Shown here: positions 17,607-27,526 of the stretch, one piece after another
Layout of the letters: every line of letters starts with the position of its first letter
How positions within the stretch are numbered: the stretch's first letter is position 1
Source of the DNA: a virus
Taxonomy: Duplodnaviria; Caudoviricetes
Strand: one strand, 5' to 3'
Virus record (IMG/VR): IMGVR_UViG_3300050821_008548
Coordinates: 1,562-65,561 of that record
DNA: 64,000 nt
Notes under the pieces: model-generated
Databases searched by the model: none
What the model was told of the DNA's origin: nothing
The model's input: the letters and a program-made list of their open reading frames with translations, nothing else
Translations under genes and position numbers: made by a program

Positions 17607-17989
17607 TGGCGATCAAGTCGCTAAGCGGCACGCCGTTCATCGGCTACCTGAGTCTGACAAGCGCAGCCACGCCGACGAACGTGCCCGTCTTCGTGCCGAT
17701 GGGCTCCACGGCGTACACGCTCAAGGCTACCGAGAAGCTGATGATCACCAACATCACCCTCTCGAGCAACGACTCCACCGGTGGCCTGTTCGTGCTCGAT
17801 ACGGCCGGCACGACGCCGACCAAGTTCGTCAGTGCCTACCTGAGCACGACACAGTTTCTTCAGCCAGAGCAGATCCCGCCCGGCGTTTGCGTGGGCCTCC
17901 TGGGCACACTGCTACGCGCCCAGGTCAGCGCCCTGACAGCCACGAAGACCGTCGAAATTGTGATCAAGGGCGCGATCGTCTCGACGTAA
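17606..17989 (+). CDS. Putative virion (head decoration-type) protein
   Basis: Thr/Ser-rich beta protein in the head module. Confidence 0.5.
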   Translation: MAIKSLSGTPFIGYLSLTSAATPTNVPVFVPMGSTAYTLKATEKLMITNITLSSNDSTGGLFVLDTAGTTPTKFVSAYLSTTQFLQPEQIPPGVCVGLLGTLLRAQVSALTATKTVEIVIKGAIVST

Positions 17990-18079
17990 CAAGACATCCG
18001 AACGCGCAGAAACGACGGTGGCCATGGTGGCGCCGTACGCCCGCGCGCGTACGCAGCAGCGATTTCAGGACTATCCCCA

Positions 18080-18520
18080 ATGGCTACCAAGTTCGCAAAC
18101 GTCAAGAGCATCCGGTTCGACGAGTTCCCGATGGGCACCGAGAGGGGTGGCATCGCCACGGTCACCTTTGATCTCTCCGGCACCGTCTACACAGGCGGCG
18201 CAGACACCGTCTCTCTCGGCGGCGGCGGGACGGACGGCGGGGTCTCGACCAGCGCAACGCTGGCCTCCATTCTTTCGACCCGCGCGCGTGACGGCAAGGC
18301 GTACACCATCCAAGGCGTCGCCGGATCCCCGAACGTGGCGCCTGGCAACCAGTCCGTGGCCACCAACGGTCCGCTGATTTACGCGCAGAGCGCGGCGGTA
18401 TCCTCCAGCAACGTGACGCTGAACCTGTTCAGCCTCCCCGCCGGCGGCTCCGCCATCACCACCACCACGGCCACATGGGAGCGCGCCGCCCAGATCGCCA
18501 TCTCTTTCACCGCAGCGTAA
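18080..18520 (+). CDS. Putative virion (head decoration-type) protein
   Basis: Gly/Thr-rich beta protein; strongly biased codon use. Confidence 0.5.
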   Translation: MATKFANVKSIRFDEFPMGTERGGIATVTFDLSGTVYTGGADTVSLGGGGTDGGVSTSATLASILSTRARDGKAYTIQGVAGSPNVAPGNQSVATNGPLIYAQSAAVSSSNVTLNLFSLPAGGSAITTTTATWERAAQIAISFTAA

Positions 18521-18608
18521 TCGCCAACCCGGCTCACTACCCTACGGCCACGCGTCCGGTACCACGCGGCAAAGAAAACCGCGCCAGTAGGCGCGCCACG
18601 GAGACACC

Positions 18609-19325
18609 ATGAGTGAAGCCACGACGGCGACGACGCCTGACGCGTCAGCCACGACCCCCGCAGCCACGCCCGCTGCAGCCGCTGCGGCCGCAGCCACAGC
18701 CCCGGCGTCCACGGTCGTCAAAGACCCTCCGTACATGAGCGATCGGCTAGAGCGAGAGCGCCGATCGGTGCTCAAGCAGCTCGGGGTCAAGGCGCCCAAG
18801 GACATTCCGGCAGCCTCCGCCATCCAAGAGGCGAAGAAGAACATCCAGGGACAGAAAGAGCGACGGCGCGCGGCCGAAAAGGACGCGAACGAGTCGAAGG
18901 CGAAGTTGGCCGATCTCGAGTCGAAAGTCGGTGTGATCAAGACCTACGCCGATCTCGAGATGCAGTCCCTGGACGACAAGACCCGCGACATCGTCAAGGC
19001 TCTGGCGGGAGAAGACCCGGCCGAGCAGCTTCGGCAGATCGGGGCCATGAGGGCGCTAGGCAAAGCCACGCAAGCGGCAACGGCCGCCCCCGCGACTGCC
19101 GACAAGCCCAAGGATACGCCCGCCGCGGTGGCCACCAACCCGGCGCCCGCGAACACGGCGCCTCCCGGCGCCCCGGCTCCGTCGACCACGCAGGCCCAGC
19201 TGCCCGTATCCGAGCGGTACGCGCAGATCAAGGCCATCTCCGACCCGACGCAGCGCGAAGCCGCAAAACTGTTCTTCGTCCTCGAGAACGAGGCGGAGCT
19301 CCTGACACTCGCCTCGAAACGATAA
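18609..19325 (+). CDS. Capsid scaffolding protein
   Basis: Ala/Pro/Thr-rich ends and central coiled coil; immediately before the capsid gene. Confidence 0.7.
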   Translation: MSEATTATTPDASATTPAATPAAAAAAAATAPASTVVKDPPYMSDRLERERRSVLKQLGVKAPKDIPAASAIQEAKKNIQGQKERRRAAEKDANESKAKLADLESKVGVIKTYADLEMQSLDDKTRDIVKALAGEDPAEQLRQIGAMRALGKATQAATAAPATADKPKDTPAAVATNPAPANTAPPGAPAPSTTQAQLPVSERYAQIKAISDPTQREAAKLFFVLENEAELLTLASKR

Positions 19326-19372
19326 CGACGGCCCGCATCTGGCGGGTTCGCACCTACGAATAGGACCCCCGG

Positions 19373-20509
19373 ATGGCAATCATCAATCGCGCTTCTCTTG
19401 CTGAAGAGTTCTACGACACGACGAGCGCCCGCATGCTCGTTCAGCCCGAGCCGCAGTACGTCTACGCCTTCTTGGCGAAGATGTCCCTGGGCAGCGCCCT
19501 CGCGGTCTCCCTTCCCGGGGGGTTCGCGGGCATCAGCGCCCAGCGCGGCGTTCAGTCGCAGGGCCCCTCGGCCGCGCAGTACCAGGCTGGCGCCAGGCTC
19601 ATGCTCGCCTCGCCCGACCCCATGTCGACGCAGTCGATCGCCACGGTCGCGGAGATCGGCAAGGCTCCGGGCCACACCGTTCGACTGAACCGCCCGAAGT
19701 ACGGCAGCGGCGGGTTCACCCTCGGATCGCGCGAGATCACGAGCGGCACACAGATCTCGGTCACCCCGATCGACCTCAGCTCCGAGCAGGTAACGCTCAC
19801 CCTCAAGCGCTACGGCGGCCCGTACGACGCGGTCGTGCAGAATGCCGTCGCGCCCTTCGCGCTCGACAAGTTCGACACGTCCGTCGCCCTGCACAGCCTC
19901 GTCGACTATGTCGGCCTGCACATGCAGCGCGACTTCGACAAGTGGCTGGACAGCGTCTACTCGCTGTTCTTCGCATCCGGGTCCACCACGCTCTGGCCGA
20001 ACGGTTTCACCGCCGACAGCCAGTCGACCGCGCAGAACGACATGCCCTGCGACGGGGATATGCTCTTCCGCGGAATCGAGACCCTGAAGAACGCGAACAT
20101 CCCGCTCTTCCCGAACGGGCGTTACCGTGGCTTCCTGTCGCCCACCCAGGCGCGGCAGATCAAGGAAGACCCCCTCGTCGGCACGTACTTCCGCTACGAC
20201 GTGAACGGAAAGAACCCGATCACCGGCAGCACCGCGGTGGGCCTCGGCGGATCCTTCATCGGCACCATCCCAGGCTGCGACTTCTACGAGAGCACGACCA
20301 ATCAGGTCGCCGCAAACGGCAACGGGGTCAACATCACGACCGGCGTAATCGTCGGCCCGTCAATGGTCGGTCAGGGCTTTGGGCAGCTGCCCCAGGTCCA
20401 GTTCTCCACGGACGACAACTACGGCGAGCACGCGAAGATGGTGTGGCTGCAGTACAGCGCCCACGGCCTGCTCGACAACCGCTTCGCGGTCCAGCTTCAC
20501 ACATCGTAA
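19373..20509 (+). CDS. Major capsid protein
   Basis: 378 aa after the scaffold; GHTVRLNR, QVTLTLKRYG, YRGFLSP..ARQI, FIGTIPG patterns of HK97-fold capsids. Confidence 0.85.
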   Translation: MAIINRASLAEEFYDTTSARMLVQPEPQYVYAFLAKMSLGSALAVSLPGGFAGISAQRGVQSQGPSAAQYQAGARLMLASPDPMSTQSIATVAEIGKAPGHTVRLNRPKYGSGGFTLGSREITSGTQISVTPIDLSSEQVTLTLKRYGGPYDAVVQNAVAPFALDKFDTSVALHSLVDYVGLHMQRDFDKWLDSVYSLFFASGSTTLWPNGFTADSQSTAQNDMPCDGDMLFRGIETLKNANIPLFPNGRYRGFLSPTQARQIKEDPLVGTYFRYDVNGKNPITGSTAVGLGGSFIGTIPGCDFYESTTNQVAANGNGVNITTGVIVGPSMVGQGFGQLPQVQFSTDDNYGEHAKMVWLQYSAHGLLDNRFAVQLHTS

Positions 20510-20521
20510 TCCACCGAATAG

Positions 20522-20553
20522 CGCGCGGGCCGGGGCGTAAAGCCCGCGCGTTT
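20522..20553 (+). terminator. Stem-loop after the capsid gene (weak terminator or mRNA stabiliser)
   Basis: CGCGCGGGC-N11-GCCCGCGCG followed by TTT. Confidence 0.45.
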
Positions 20554-20610
20554 GGTGTCGCCCCGAGGTCAGTTTACGCGCCCGGTGCGGGGCGCTGACG
20601 GGATAGTTCC

Positions 20611-21108
20611 ATGTCTTTCGCCAACACGCTCAAGAAGGCCAACTTCACCGGTGCCGGCGTCGCGTATACCGCGCCGTTCGCGGCCTACAAGGGCACGCAA
20701 ATCGCGCTCAACACGATCACCGCGGGCACGACTGTCAGTTCCGCAGGAGCCGTGCTGAACTGCGCGAACCCTGGCCTCCAGATCGAGTGGGATTCGCTGC
20801 ACGCGCTGATCGAAACGGACCTGACGACCAGCACCATCACGGCCACCCCGAAGTGGCAGGTGAGCCCAGACGGAGCGGCCACGACGTGGGTGGACTACGT
20901 CGGCGTCAACGCGGCGGCGAACGTCACGAAGGCCGCGGCCGGCACGGGCTCACTCATCACCACGCAGTGGGTGCAAGGGTTCCCCGGCATGAATCCGGCA
21001 TTCCCGTTCATCCGCATCGCGGTCCTGGTCGGTGTAGTCACCGGCGGCGCCGGTGACAACGTGACGGTCTCCTACTTCTTCAAGAACCGCGTCCTGTTCG
21101 GCTCGTAA
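20611..21108 (+). CDS. Virion structural protein
   Basis: Beta-rich, WQVSPDG...TWVD motif, follows the capsid gene. Confidence 0.6.
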   Translation: MSFANTLKKANFTGAGVAYTAPFAAYKGTQIALNTITAGTTVSSAGAVLNCANPGLQIEWDSLHALIETDLTTSTITATPKWQVSPDGAATTWVDYVGVNAAANVTKAAAGTGSLITTQWVQGFPGMNPAFPFIRIAVLVGVVTGGAGDNVTVSYFFKNRVLFGS

Positions 21109-21112
21109 GCCG

Positions 21113-21757
21113 ATGGCGCTTCGCCCCGAAGAGGTACTCCGCATCAAGTTCCAGCTTGGTGTGTCGGTCACCCTCATCGGAGCGGAGCCGTACATAACCT
21201 ATTTGGCGGTTTTCGACCGCGCGATCCAGCCCTACATCATCGACCCGTCGACCACGTCGACGACGCCGGTCGTCGCCGGCGCGACGCAGAGCATCGCGCT
21301 CGCTGCGGTGCCGCTCGTCGCCGGGACAACCAACCCGGCCATCGTGGTCGGCTCCTTCGCCACCGTCGACGTCGGCCCAGCCCAAGAGGTCGTCCAGGTC
21401 CAGATCCTCACCGGGACCACGGCCTGGGCGACCTTCGCGAATGCCCACGGCGCGAACGGCGCCTATCCCGTCGTCATGGCCGGCGGCGAGCAGGTGGTGC
21501 GTGAGATCCTCGCGCGCATCGCCCTCATCGAATCGCTCCTCGGCTCGGTGGCCCCGGTCTCCGCGGGTGTCCAGGAAGCCGACGAGGCCAAGCTCTACCC
21601 GTCCAGTACGACTGGTTCGCGTCGCGGTTCTCGCGACACCCACGAATCGCTCATCCAGCAGCGCGAGGCGGCCCGCAACGACCTCGGCGAGGCGGTGGGC
21701 TTCCCCAACCTCCGGAACCTGAAGAGGGCCGCTGGCGGGCGCGTGGAGCTCTACTAG
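21113..21757 (+). CDS. Putative head-tail adaptor
   Basis: Position; L..EEVLRIKFQLG N-terminal helix. Confidence 0.55.
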   Translation: MALRPEEVLRIKFQLGVSVTLIGAEPYITYLAVFDRAIQPYIIDPSTTSTTPVVAGATQSIALAAVPLVAGTTNPAIVVGSFATVDVGPAQEVVQVQILTGTTAWATFANAHGANGAYPVVMAGGEQVVREILARIALIESLLGSVAPVSAGVQEADEAKLYPSSTTGSRRGSRDTHESLIQQREAARNDLGEAVGFPNLRNLKRAAGGRVELY

Positions 21758-22270
21758 GTGGCCGCCACGACCTTTGCGTCGGCGATCAAGGTCGCTCTCG
21801 ACACGCGGCGCGCCATCGCGGGCCTCATGGGCCTGCGGATCTACTCCGTCTTCGTTCGCCAGCGGCGCTGGTCAGGCAAGCGCGTCGGGGTCGGAACGTC
21901 CGTCGACAACAACGGCGGCCCGGACGTCCAGCTGACCAACAGCCTGCCCCCGCCTCTGGGCAAGCAACCGGTCCGCGTCCGCGCCGTGTCCAACAAGGAC
22001 ATCATCGCGAGCGGTGGGCTTTACCGCGACCTGGACCTCCGCGTCGGCCCCATCACCCCGGCCTACCTAGCCAGCATCCTCCCCGCCGGTGGCTTCAGCG
22101 ACGCAACCGTTGATCCCCCGCAGGTCGGCTCGGTCCCGACCGAGATCTTCTGGCTCGTCAAGGGTCCGGGCCTGCCTCCCGGAGGCTCGATCCACGAGCG
22201 CATTGGCTTCGAGGAAACGGCCCTTCACATCTACCTCATCCTCCGGGCGAAGGGCACGCAGGTCACATGA
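21758..22270 (+). CDS. Putative head closure (stopper) protein
   Basis: Position in the neck module. Confidence 0.45.
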   Translation: MAATTFASAIKVALDTRRAIAGLMGLRIYSVFVRQRRWSGKRVGVGTSVDNNGGPDVQLTNSLPPPLGKQPVRVRAVSNKDIIASGGLYRDLDLRVGPITPAYLASILPAGGFSDATVDPPQVGSVPTEIFWLVKGPGLPPGGSIHERIGFEETALHIYLILRAKGTQVT

Positions 22271-22596
22271 CTTCGATGACTTGCCCGTCCTGCGGCCACA
22301 CCGACGACTGCGAGATCGACGCACGCCACGCCGTTCTGACCTGCACCGAGTGCAAGGCGCGAATCGCGTTCGGCGCGCTGATGCCCCGCGTGGTCATCGA
22401 ACCGCACGTCGACAGGCGCTTCGTCACGCTTCGCTTCCAGACCGCGGCAAACGGGCAGGTGGCGCTTACGCAGCACGTGCTCGACCGCGAGTTCGCCTAC
22501 GCGGTGGCGCGGGAGATCGCGAGCATCACCGCGCCCCCAAAGACTTCCGCTGATGCGTCGGCGGCCGCAGCACGGCCCGAGCTGGCCTCGGACTGA
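22267..22596 (+). CDS. Zinc-ribbon hypothetical protein
   Basis: CPSC...CTEC. Confidence 0.55.
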   Translation: MTSMTCPSCGHTDDCEIDARHAVLTCTECKARIAFGALMPRVVIEPHVDRRFVTLRFQTAANGQVALTQHVLDREFAYAVAREIASITAPPKTSADASAAAARPELASD

Positions 22597-22609
22597 CAGG
22601 AGAGATGCA

Positions 22610-22948
22610 ATGAGCGGCGACTACATGGTGCTGGCCAACAACACCATCTGGACGGGTCAGACGACGACCATCGGGTGCTACGCGTGCGCCGTCTGCAACG
22701 GATGGCACGCGATCGGCTGCTGCCCATGCAACTCCAACCAGTGGACGATCTACCCCCAGGTCGGCGTCCCATACCCGGTGCCCTACCCGGTCCCGGTTCC
22801 AGTCGCGCCGCTCGTCAACCCGAGCGCCGCCACCCTCGTTGCGCACGCGAAAGCGAGGCTCATCGAGGTCGAGGCCAGGCTCGCAGAATTCAAGGCGCTA
22901 GAGGCCGAGCGCGATCAGCTGCGGCGCATCGTCGACTCGGCCAAGTGA
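22610..22948 (+). CDS. Hypothetical protein
   Basis: AGGAG upstream; Cys cluster, PYPV repeats, coiled coil. Confidence 0.55.
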   Translation: MSGDYMVLANNTIWTGQTTTIGCYACAVCNGWHAIGCCPCNSNQWTIYPQVGVPYPVPYPVPVPVAPLVNPSAATLVAHAKARLIEVEARLAEFKALEAERDQLRRIVDSAK

Positions 22949-23382
22949 CCGCCCATGTCCGCACCGAGAAGACGCGCGAAGGCCTCCTGAGAACGTCGGC
23001 CGCCGTCGTGGAGGCCTCCCGCGCCATTCTCTTCAGCGCAGTCACCGCGGCCCAGTCGAGCGCGGCATCGACCACGCTCTTCAAGGACCAGACGGGCGCA
23101 ACGCGCCAGAGCATCAAGGCGACGGTCCTGGGCGACAGCGGCCGCGTCGTCGCGCGCGGAGCCGCGAGCCTACTCGAGAACGGGACTCGCGCCCATGACA
23201 TCTCAGCGCGCAGCGGCGGCAAGCTGCGGTTTTTCGCGAACGGTCAGGCGGTGTTCCGGCGGCGGGTTCACCACCCGGGCACGAGCCCACGTCCGTTCAT
23301 GGCGCAGGCGCTGTTTCATGCTGAGACGGTCGTGGCGTATGCGGCCGAGGTGTACCTAAACGAAGCCGTTGCGAGGGCGTAG
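22945..23382 (+). CDS. HK97 gp10-like neck/tail completion protein
   Basis: DQTGATRQSI...LENGT...VHHPGTSPRPFM. Confidence 0.75.
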   Translation: MTAHVRTEKTREGLLRTSAAVVEASRAILFSAVTAAQSSAASTTLFKDQTGATRQSIKATVLGDSGRVVARGAASLLENGTRAHDISARSGGKLRFFANGQAVFRRRVHHPGTSPRPFMAQALFHAETVVAYAAEVYLNEAVARA

Positions 23383-23385
23383 TCC

Positions 23386-24981
23386 GTGGTCCAGCCGATC
23401 CTCGACGGCCGCAACTTCCAGATCGCCGGCGCCCTCCAGCCGTTCAACGACGACGATCTCCCGCTTCTCCAGAAAGCTGACCCCGTACTTTTCTACGCAC
23501 TCGATTTTTGGACGTACATCATTCGGCGCTACCCCGGCGCTGCGCTCGTCGACGCTTCGCTGGTCGGCTCCGGCCTGCTCGACACCCAAGCCGTCCCGAT
23601 CGATGACGCGGTCGCGCAAGCGTACCCCTACGACATCGTCCCGTACCTGCCGAGCGAGTACATCCGTTTTCCCTGCCTCGCGGTCTACCGCAAGGGCGCG
23701 GAGTACACGAAGCACTCGGCGATCTACTACTCGGACGACTGCTCGTTCGACCTGATGTACATCCTGCCGCCGCTGACGCCCTCGCAGGCGGAAAGCGTGC
23801 TGCCCATCCTCCGCGCCGTGGAGATGGCGATCAAGGAGAAGACGGTCCAGTCGCTCGACCCAGGCTACACGCCGCCCGGCGGCACGCTCGGGCAGACGCC
23901 TTGGGGCCTCTCCTTCGCGGCGGTCCAGAAGATTGGATTTGAACGCGGCTCGCTCGGCCATTTGCCCGTCGGGAACCAAGTCTTCCCGTACTTGCTGATG
24001 AGCGGCAAGTTCCTCGAGCGGGACATGTACCAGGCCGCCCAGAACCAGTTCACGGGCGTCGACATCAGCGTCGATCTCGTCGCGACCGACGGCACGCGCG
24101 TCCCGGCATTCATGGCTGTCTCGACGCAGCGGGCGCCGGCTATCACGTCGGTCACGCCTGCGGTCGGGCCCATCGCTGGCGGCACGACGATCACGATCCT
24201 GGGGTCGCTGTTCCTACCGGGCGCGCAAGTCGTCATCGGCACGCAGCCGGCCACGAACATCCACGTCTCCTCGGACGGCACCACGATCGTGTGCGCGACG
24301 CCAGCGGTCGGGGGCTCGGGTGCAGTCGATATCAACGTCCTCAACCCGGACGGGCAGACCAGCAACTTCCCACTGGGGTTCTTCTTTGGTGCCCCGACGT
24401 TCCTTCAGGGCACGTCGAACAACAACACGGGGTCGGCCTCGACGCTATCGCAGGCCTTCGGCGTCAGCGTCACCAAGGGCAGCGCGCTTGTGGTGTCCGT
24501 TGGGTGGGCCACCCCGGGAGCCACCGTCACAAGCGTGACGGACGGCGTGAACACGTACCACGCGCAGCCCGCGGCGGTGGGGGCGACGTCCGCCCAGCAA
24601 TTCGTCGCCTACAACGTCCCGGCGGGCGCCACGACGGTTGTGGTCAACTGGTCTGGCTCGGTGTCGAGGCCTGAGCTCGTGATCGCCGAGTACGCCAACC
24701 TGTCGGCGACGCCGTTTGATGCGAGCGGCAGCAACACGAGTTCAGGCCCCATCGCCTCGGCGTCGCTGATCACGACGGGGCAGACTGAACTGCTGGTCGC
24801 GTACTCGTACCAGGCGCAGCGATCCATCAGCATCGGCGCAGGCTGGAGTGACCGGGTCTTCACTGCGTTCGGCGACGTCCTGCAAGACTTCATCACGGCG
24901 CCGCCAGGGCTGTACACGGCGACCTCGCAACTCAACGCGGTCGGCACCTTCGCAATGGTCGTCACCGCGCTGCACACGTAA
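23386..24981 (+). CDS. Putative tail terminator fused to an IPT/TIG domain and a C-terminal beta domain
   Basis: FPCLAVYR N-domain; PAITSVTPAVGPIAGGTTITILGSLFLPGAQVVIG IPT/TIG signature. Confidence 0.6.
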   Translation: MVQPILDGRNFQIAGALQPFNDDDLPLLQKADPVLFYALDFWTYIIRRYPGAALVDASLVGSGLLDTQAVPIDDAVAQAYPYDIVPYLPSEYIRFPCLAVYRKGAEYTKHSAIYYSDDCSFDLMYILPPLTPSQAESVLPILRAVEMAIKEKTVQSLDPGYTPPGGTLGQTPWGLSFAAVQKIGFERGSLGHLPVGNQVFPYLLMSGKFLERDMYQAAQNQFTGVDISVDLVATDGTRVPAFMAVSTQRAPAITSVTPAVGPIAGGTTITILGSLFLPGAQVVIGTQPATNIHVSSDGTTIVCATPAVGGSGAVDINVLNPDGQTSNFPLGFFFGAPTFLQGTSNNNTGSASTLSQAFGVSVTKGSALVVSVGWATPGATVTSVTDGVNTYHAQPAAVGATSAQQFVAYNVPAGATTVVVNWSGSVSRPELVIAEYANLSATPFDASGSNTSSGPIASASLITTGQTELLVAYSYQAQRSISIGAGWSDRVFTAFGDVLQDFITAPPGLYTATSQLNAVGTFAMVVTALHT

Positions 24982-25048
24982 CCCGCGCCGCCTGAGCGCC
25001 CCGCTTTCGGCCCCGCAAGTCCGCGGGAGCCCCGGAGACCCACGTCCC

Positions 25049-25492
25049 ATGGCCCAAGACACGTTGCGCGTCCTGCCGCGAGGCACGGCGATGGTCCAGC
25101 ACTACGAGCGCTCCGCCAAACAGGGGCAGCCCGCATCCTTCCACGGCTGGAAGCACGACTCGCAGCTCGGTGGCGAGTACGTCGACGTCGAGTTCTCGAC
25201 CAAGGACAAGAAGGTCATCCGGCGCGATGGCGGGTTCGTCAAGCACGCGCCCGAGGTCATCGAAGTCCCCAACTCTGTCGAGTACCGACGGGCGCTGGTC
25301 GACCTCTCTCTCTGGCCGGCCGACCAAGCGACCGCGCAAGCCGCGGGCGTGCCGTTCGACCCATTCTTCGGTGGGGAAGAGGACGTTGCGCATCACGCGC
25401 CGAAGATCGCAGCCAAGGCCGAGGTGACGTACCGGCCGGCGCCGCCAGTTCCAGAACACATCGACGCGGCGTTCGACGCCGAGAAGGTCTGA
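25049..25492 (+). CDS. Pre-sheath small protein (possibly Mu gp38-like)
   Basis: EVPNSVEYRRALVD motif; directly before the sheath gene. Confidence 0.5.
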   Translation: MAQDTLRVLPRGTAMVQHYERSAKQGQPASFHGWKHDSQLGGEYVDVEFSTKDKKVIRRDGGFVKHAPEVIEVPNSVEYRRALVDLSLWPADQATAQAAGVPFDPFFGGEEDVAHHAPKIAAKAEVTYRPAPPVPEHIDAAFDAEKV

Positions 25493-25495
25493 GCC

Positions 25496-27070
25496 GTGGC
25501 ATCGATCATTCTTGTCGGCCTCGGCGCCCAATGGGCAGTTCCGGGCGTTTACGTTGAGCTTGATTTCGCTCAGGGCCCCGTCGCCGGCTTCGGCTCGGTC
25601 CGCAAGATCCTGCTGCTCGGCAACAAGTCGGCTGCGGGCACCGCGACCAACGACACCGTCGTCTACGGGCCGGACACGCAGACGCCCTGCCAGACGGAGT
25701 CCGACGTCATTGGCCTCTTCGGCACCGGCAGCCAGCTGCACCGCATGTACCTGCGGTTTGTGGCGATCAACACTGTCTCGTCGCTGTACTTCCTGGCCGT
25801 CACCTCGAGCGCCGGCGTCGCCGCGACGATCAACGAGACCATCGCCACGACTGCGACGAGCTCCGGGAATCACCGCTTCTGGTGCGTCGACCAGTTCGTC
25901 GACACCACGATCAACACGGGCGACACGGCGATCACGATCGCGACCAACATCGTCGCGTCGATCAATCAACAGACTCGCTGGCCCGTCACGGCGTCCAACG
26001 GCGGAACCGCGGTCGTCGCCATCACGGCCAAGATCCCTGGGCCCGAGGGGAACTGGATCCGCGTCCAGGCGCTCATCACGCCGACGACCGCAACGATCGG
26101 GACGACCACAACCCTCACGGCCAACACGTTCCTGTCGACGGGCGCGACGGCCGACGTCAACACGACGGCGCTCACCACGATCGCCTCGGCCCGCTACTTC
26201 TACATCGTCTCGGGCGACTCGGACGCAACCAACCTCGGTCGGCTCGTTACCCAGGTCAACAGCCAGGCGCTGCCACTCAACGGCATGCGCCAAAACGTGG
26301 TCTTCGGGAGCATGGACACGCTCGCGAACACCATCACGGTGTGCACCGGGCTCAATGCCGCGCGCGCCGAGTGCGTCTGGGGCAGCTCCACCGACTTCAC
26401 CCCAGCGGAGCTCGCGGCGAACAACTGCGCGATCTACTCGCTGCTCGAGCAGGGTTCGCCCTTCGGCGTGGCCCGCAAGAACTTCTCCAACTTCCCGGCC
26501 AACCCCACCGATCAAACGGTCTGGCTGGTCGCCGCGGGCCGCGCCGGCGTCGGTGGCTCCCCCACGCCCACGCAGCAGCAGTCGGCCCTGCAGAACGGCC
26601 TGAGTCCCATCGCCGTACTGCCCAACGGCGCGTCGTACCTCGTCAAGCGCTGCACCACGCGCAGCCTCAACGGCGCGGTCAACGACTTCCGCGTGCGCGA
26701 CAAGCACAAGGTGATCGTGTGCGACTACTGGTGCGACGACGCGGCGACTATCACGGCGCTGCAGTTCGGTGGCAAGGACCTCTTGCCCGACCCGGTGCAG
26801 GGCCAGCCCCCGCCGCCCCCGACGGCCACGACCCCCAAGCGCTGGGCGGGTGCCATCAAGAGCCTGACGAGCAACTACGGCAGCGCGGGCCAGTGGAGCT
26901 TCCCGCCCGGGGAGACGCCGCAGCCCGGAGAGTCGCCGGCGGACACGATCAACCGGCTCACGATCGTCCAGGCGGAGACCAACCCGCCGACGAGGATGAG
27001 CGCACTTGTTGGGCTGAGCCCCGTGAACGTCCTGGATCAACTCGCGGTTCTCGCGCAACAGGTGGGGTAA
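25496..27070 (+). CDS. Contractile tail sheath protein (Mu gpL-like)
   Basis: VPGVYVELDF, KILLLG, LFGTGSQLHRM, ITAK.PG.EGN.I, ALQNGLSPI. Confidence 0.92.
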   Translation: MASIILVGLGAQWAVPGVYVELDFAQGPVAGFGSVRKILLLGNKSAAGTATNDTVVYGPDTQTPCQTESDVIGLFGTGSQLHRMYLRFVAINTVSSLYFLAVTSSAGVAATINETIATTATSSGNHRFWCVDQFVDTTINTGDTAITIATNIVASINQQTRWPVTASNGGTAVVAITAKIPGPEGNWIRVQALITPTTATIGTTTTLTANTFLSTGATADVNTTALTTIASARYFYIVSGDSDATNLGRLVTQVNSQALPLNGMRQNVVFGSMDTLANTITVCTGLNAARAECVWGSSTDFTPAELAANNCAIYSLLEQGSPFGVARKNFSNFPANPTDQTVWLVAAGRAGVGGSPTPTQQQSALQNGLSPIAVLPNGASYLVKRCTTRSLNGAVNDFRVRDKHKVIVCDYWCDDAATITALQFGGKDLLPDPVQGQPPPPPTATTPKRWAGAIKSLTSNYGSAGQWSFPPGETPQPGESPADTINRLTIVQAETNPPTRMSALVGLSPVNVLDQLAVLAQQVG

Positions 27071-27142
27071 TTGCCATTCGCGAATAGCGAATAGCAAAGT
27101 CGAAATAACCGGCGCGCGACCTGCGCGCCAAGGGACACATCC

Positions 27143-27526
27143 ATGCCGGCCTCGTCGCTTCAGCTGTATACACTGCTCTACATCGGCATCAACGGGACGC
27201 TGTTGGCCGAAGAGCAGGAGATCGATCTCACCCGCACGACCAACTCGCAGGCCATCAGCACGGTCGCGAAGGGCTACGCGGGAGAGTCCCCAGGCGCGCA
27301 GATGATCGAGGTCGACTGCTCCAACGCCATCCCGGCGGGCGGCTTCGAGTTCGACATGGGCAAATCGATGTTTGGCCTGATCCCCATCGACGTGCAGGTG
27401 GACGGCCCCGGCGGCACGCAGCTGCGAGGCAAGGCGTTCGTCATCTCCGATACCATCCGGCACGGCGTGAACCAGGAAGCGAAATACAGCTTCAAGGCGC
27501 GCATGTCGGGCGCGCTCTTTAGCTGA
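27143..27526 (+). CDS. Tail tube protein
   Basis: 127 aa after the sheath; KGYAGESPG. Confidence 0.7.
   Translation: MPASSLQLYTLLYIGINGTLLAEEQEIDLTRTTNSQAISTVAKGYAGESPGAQMIEVDCSNAIPAGGFEFDMGKSMFGLIPIDVQVDGPGGTQLRGKAFVISDTIRHGVNQEAKYSFKARMSGALFS

Noticed and set aside
19357-27094. CGAATAG in late intergenic regions (19357, 20515, 27081, 27088) as a late-promoter motif
   Set aside because: Short, inconsistent spacing to starts, and the CGAATA core also occurs repeatedly inside coding regions; cannot be separated from chance by eye
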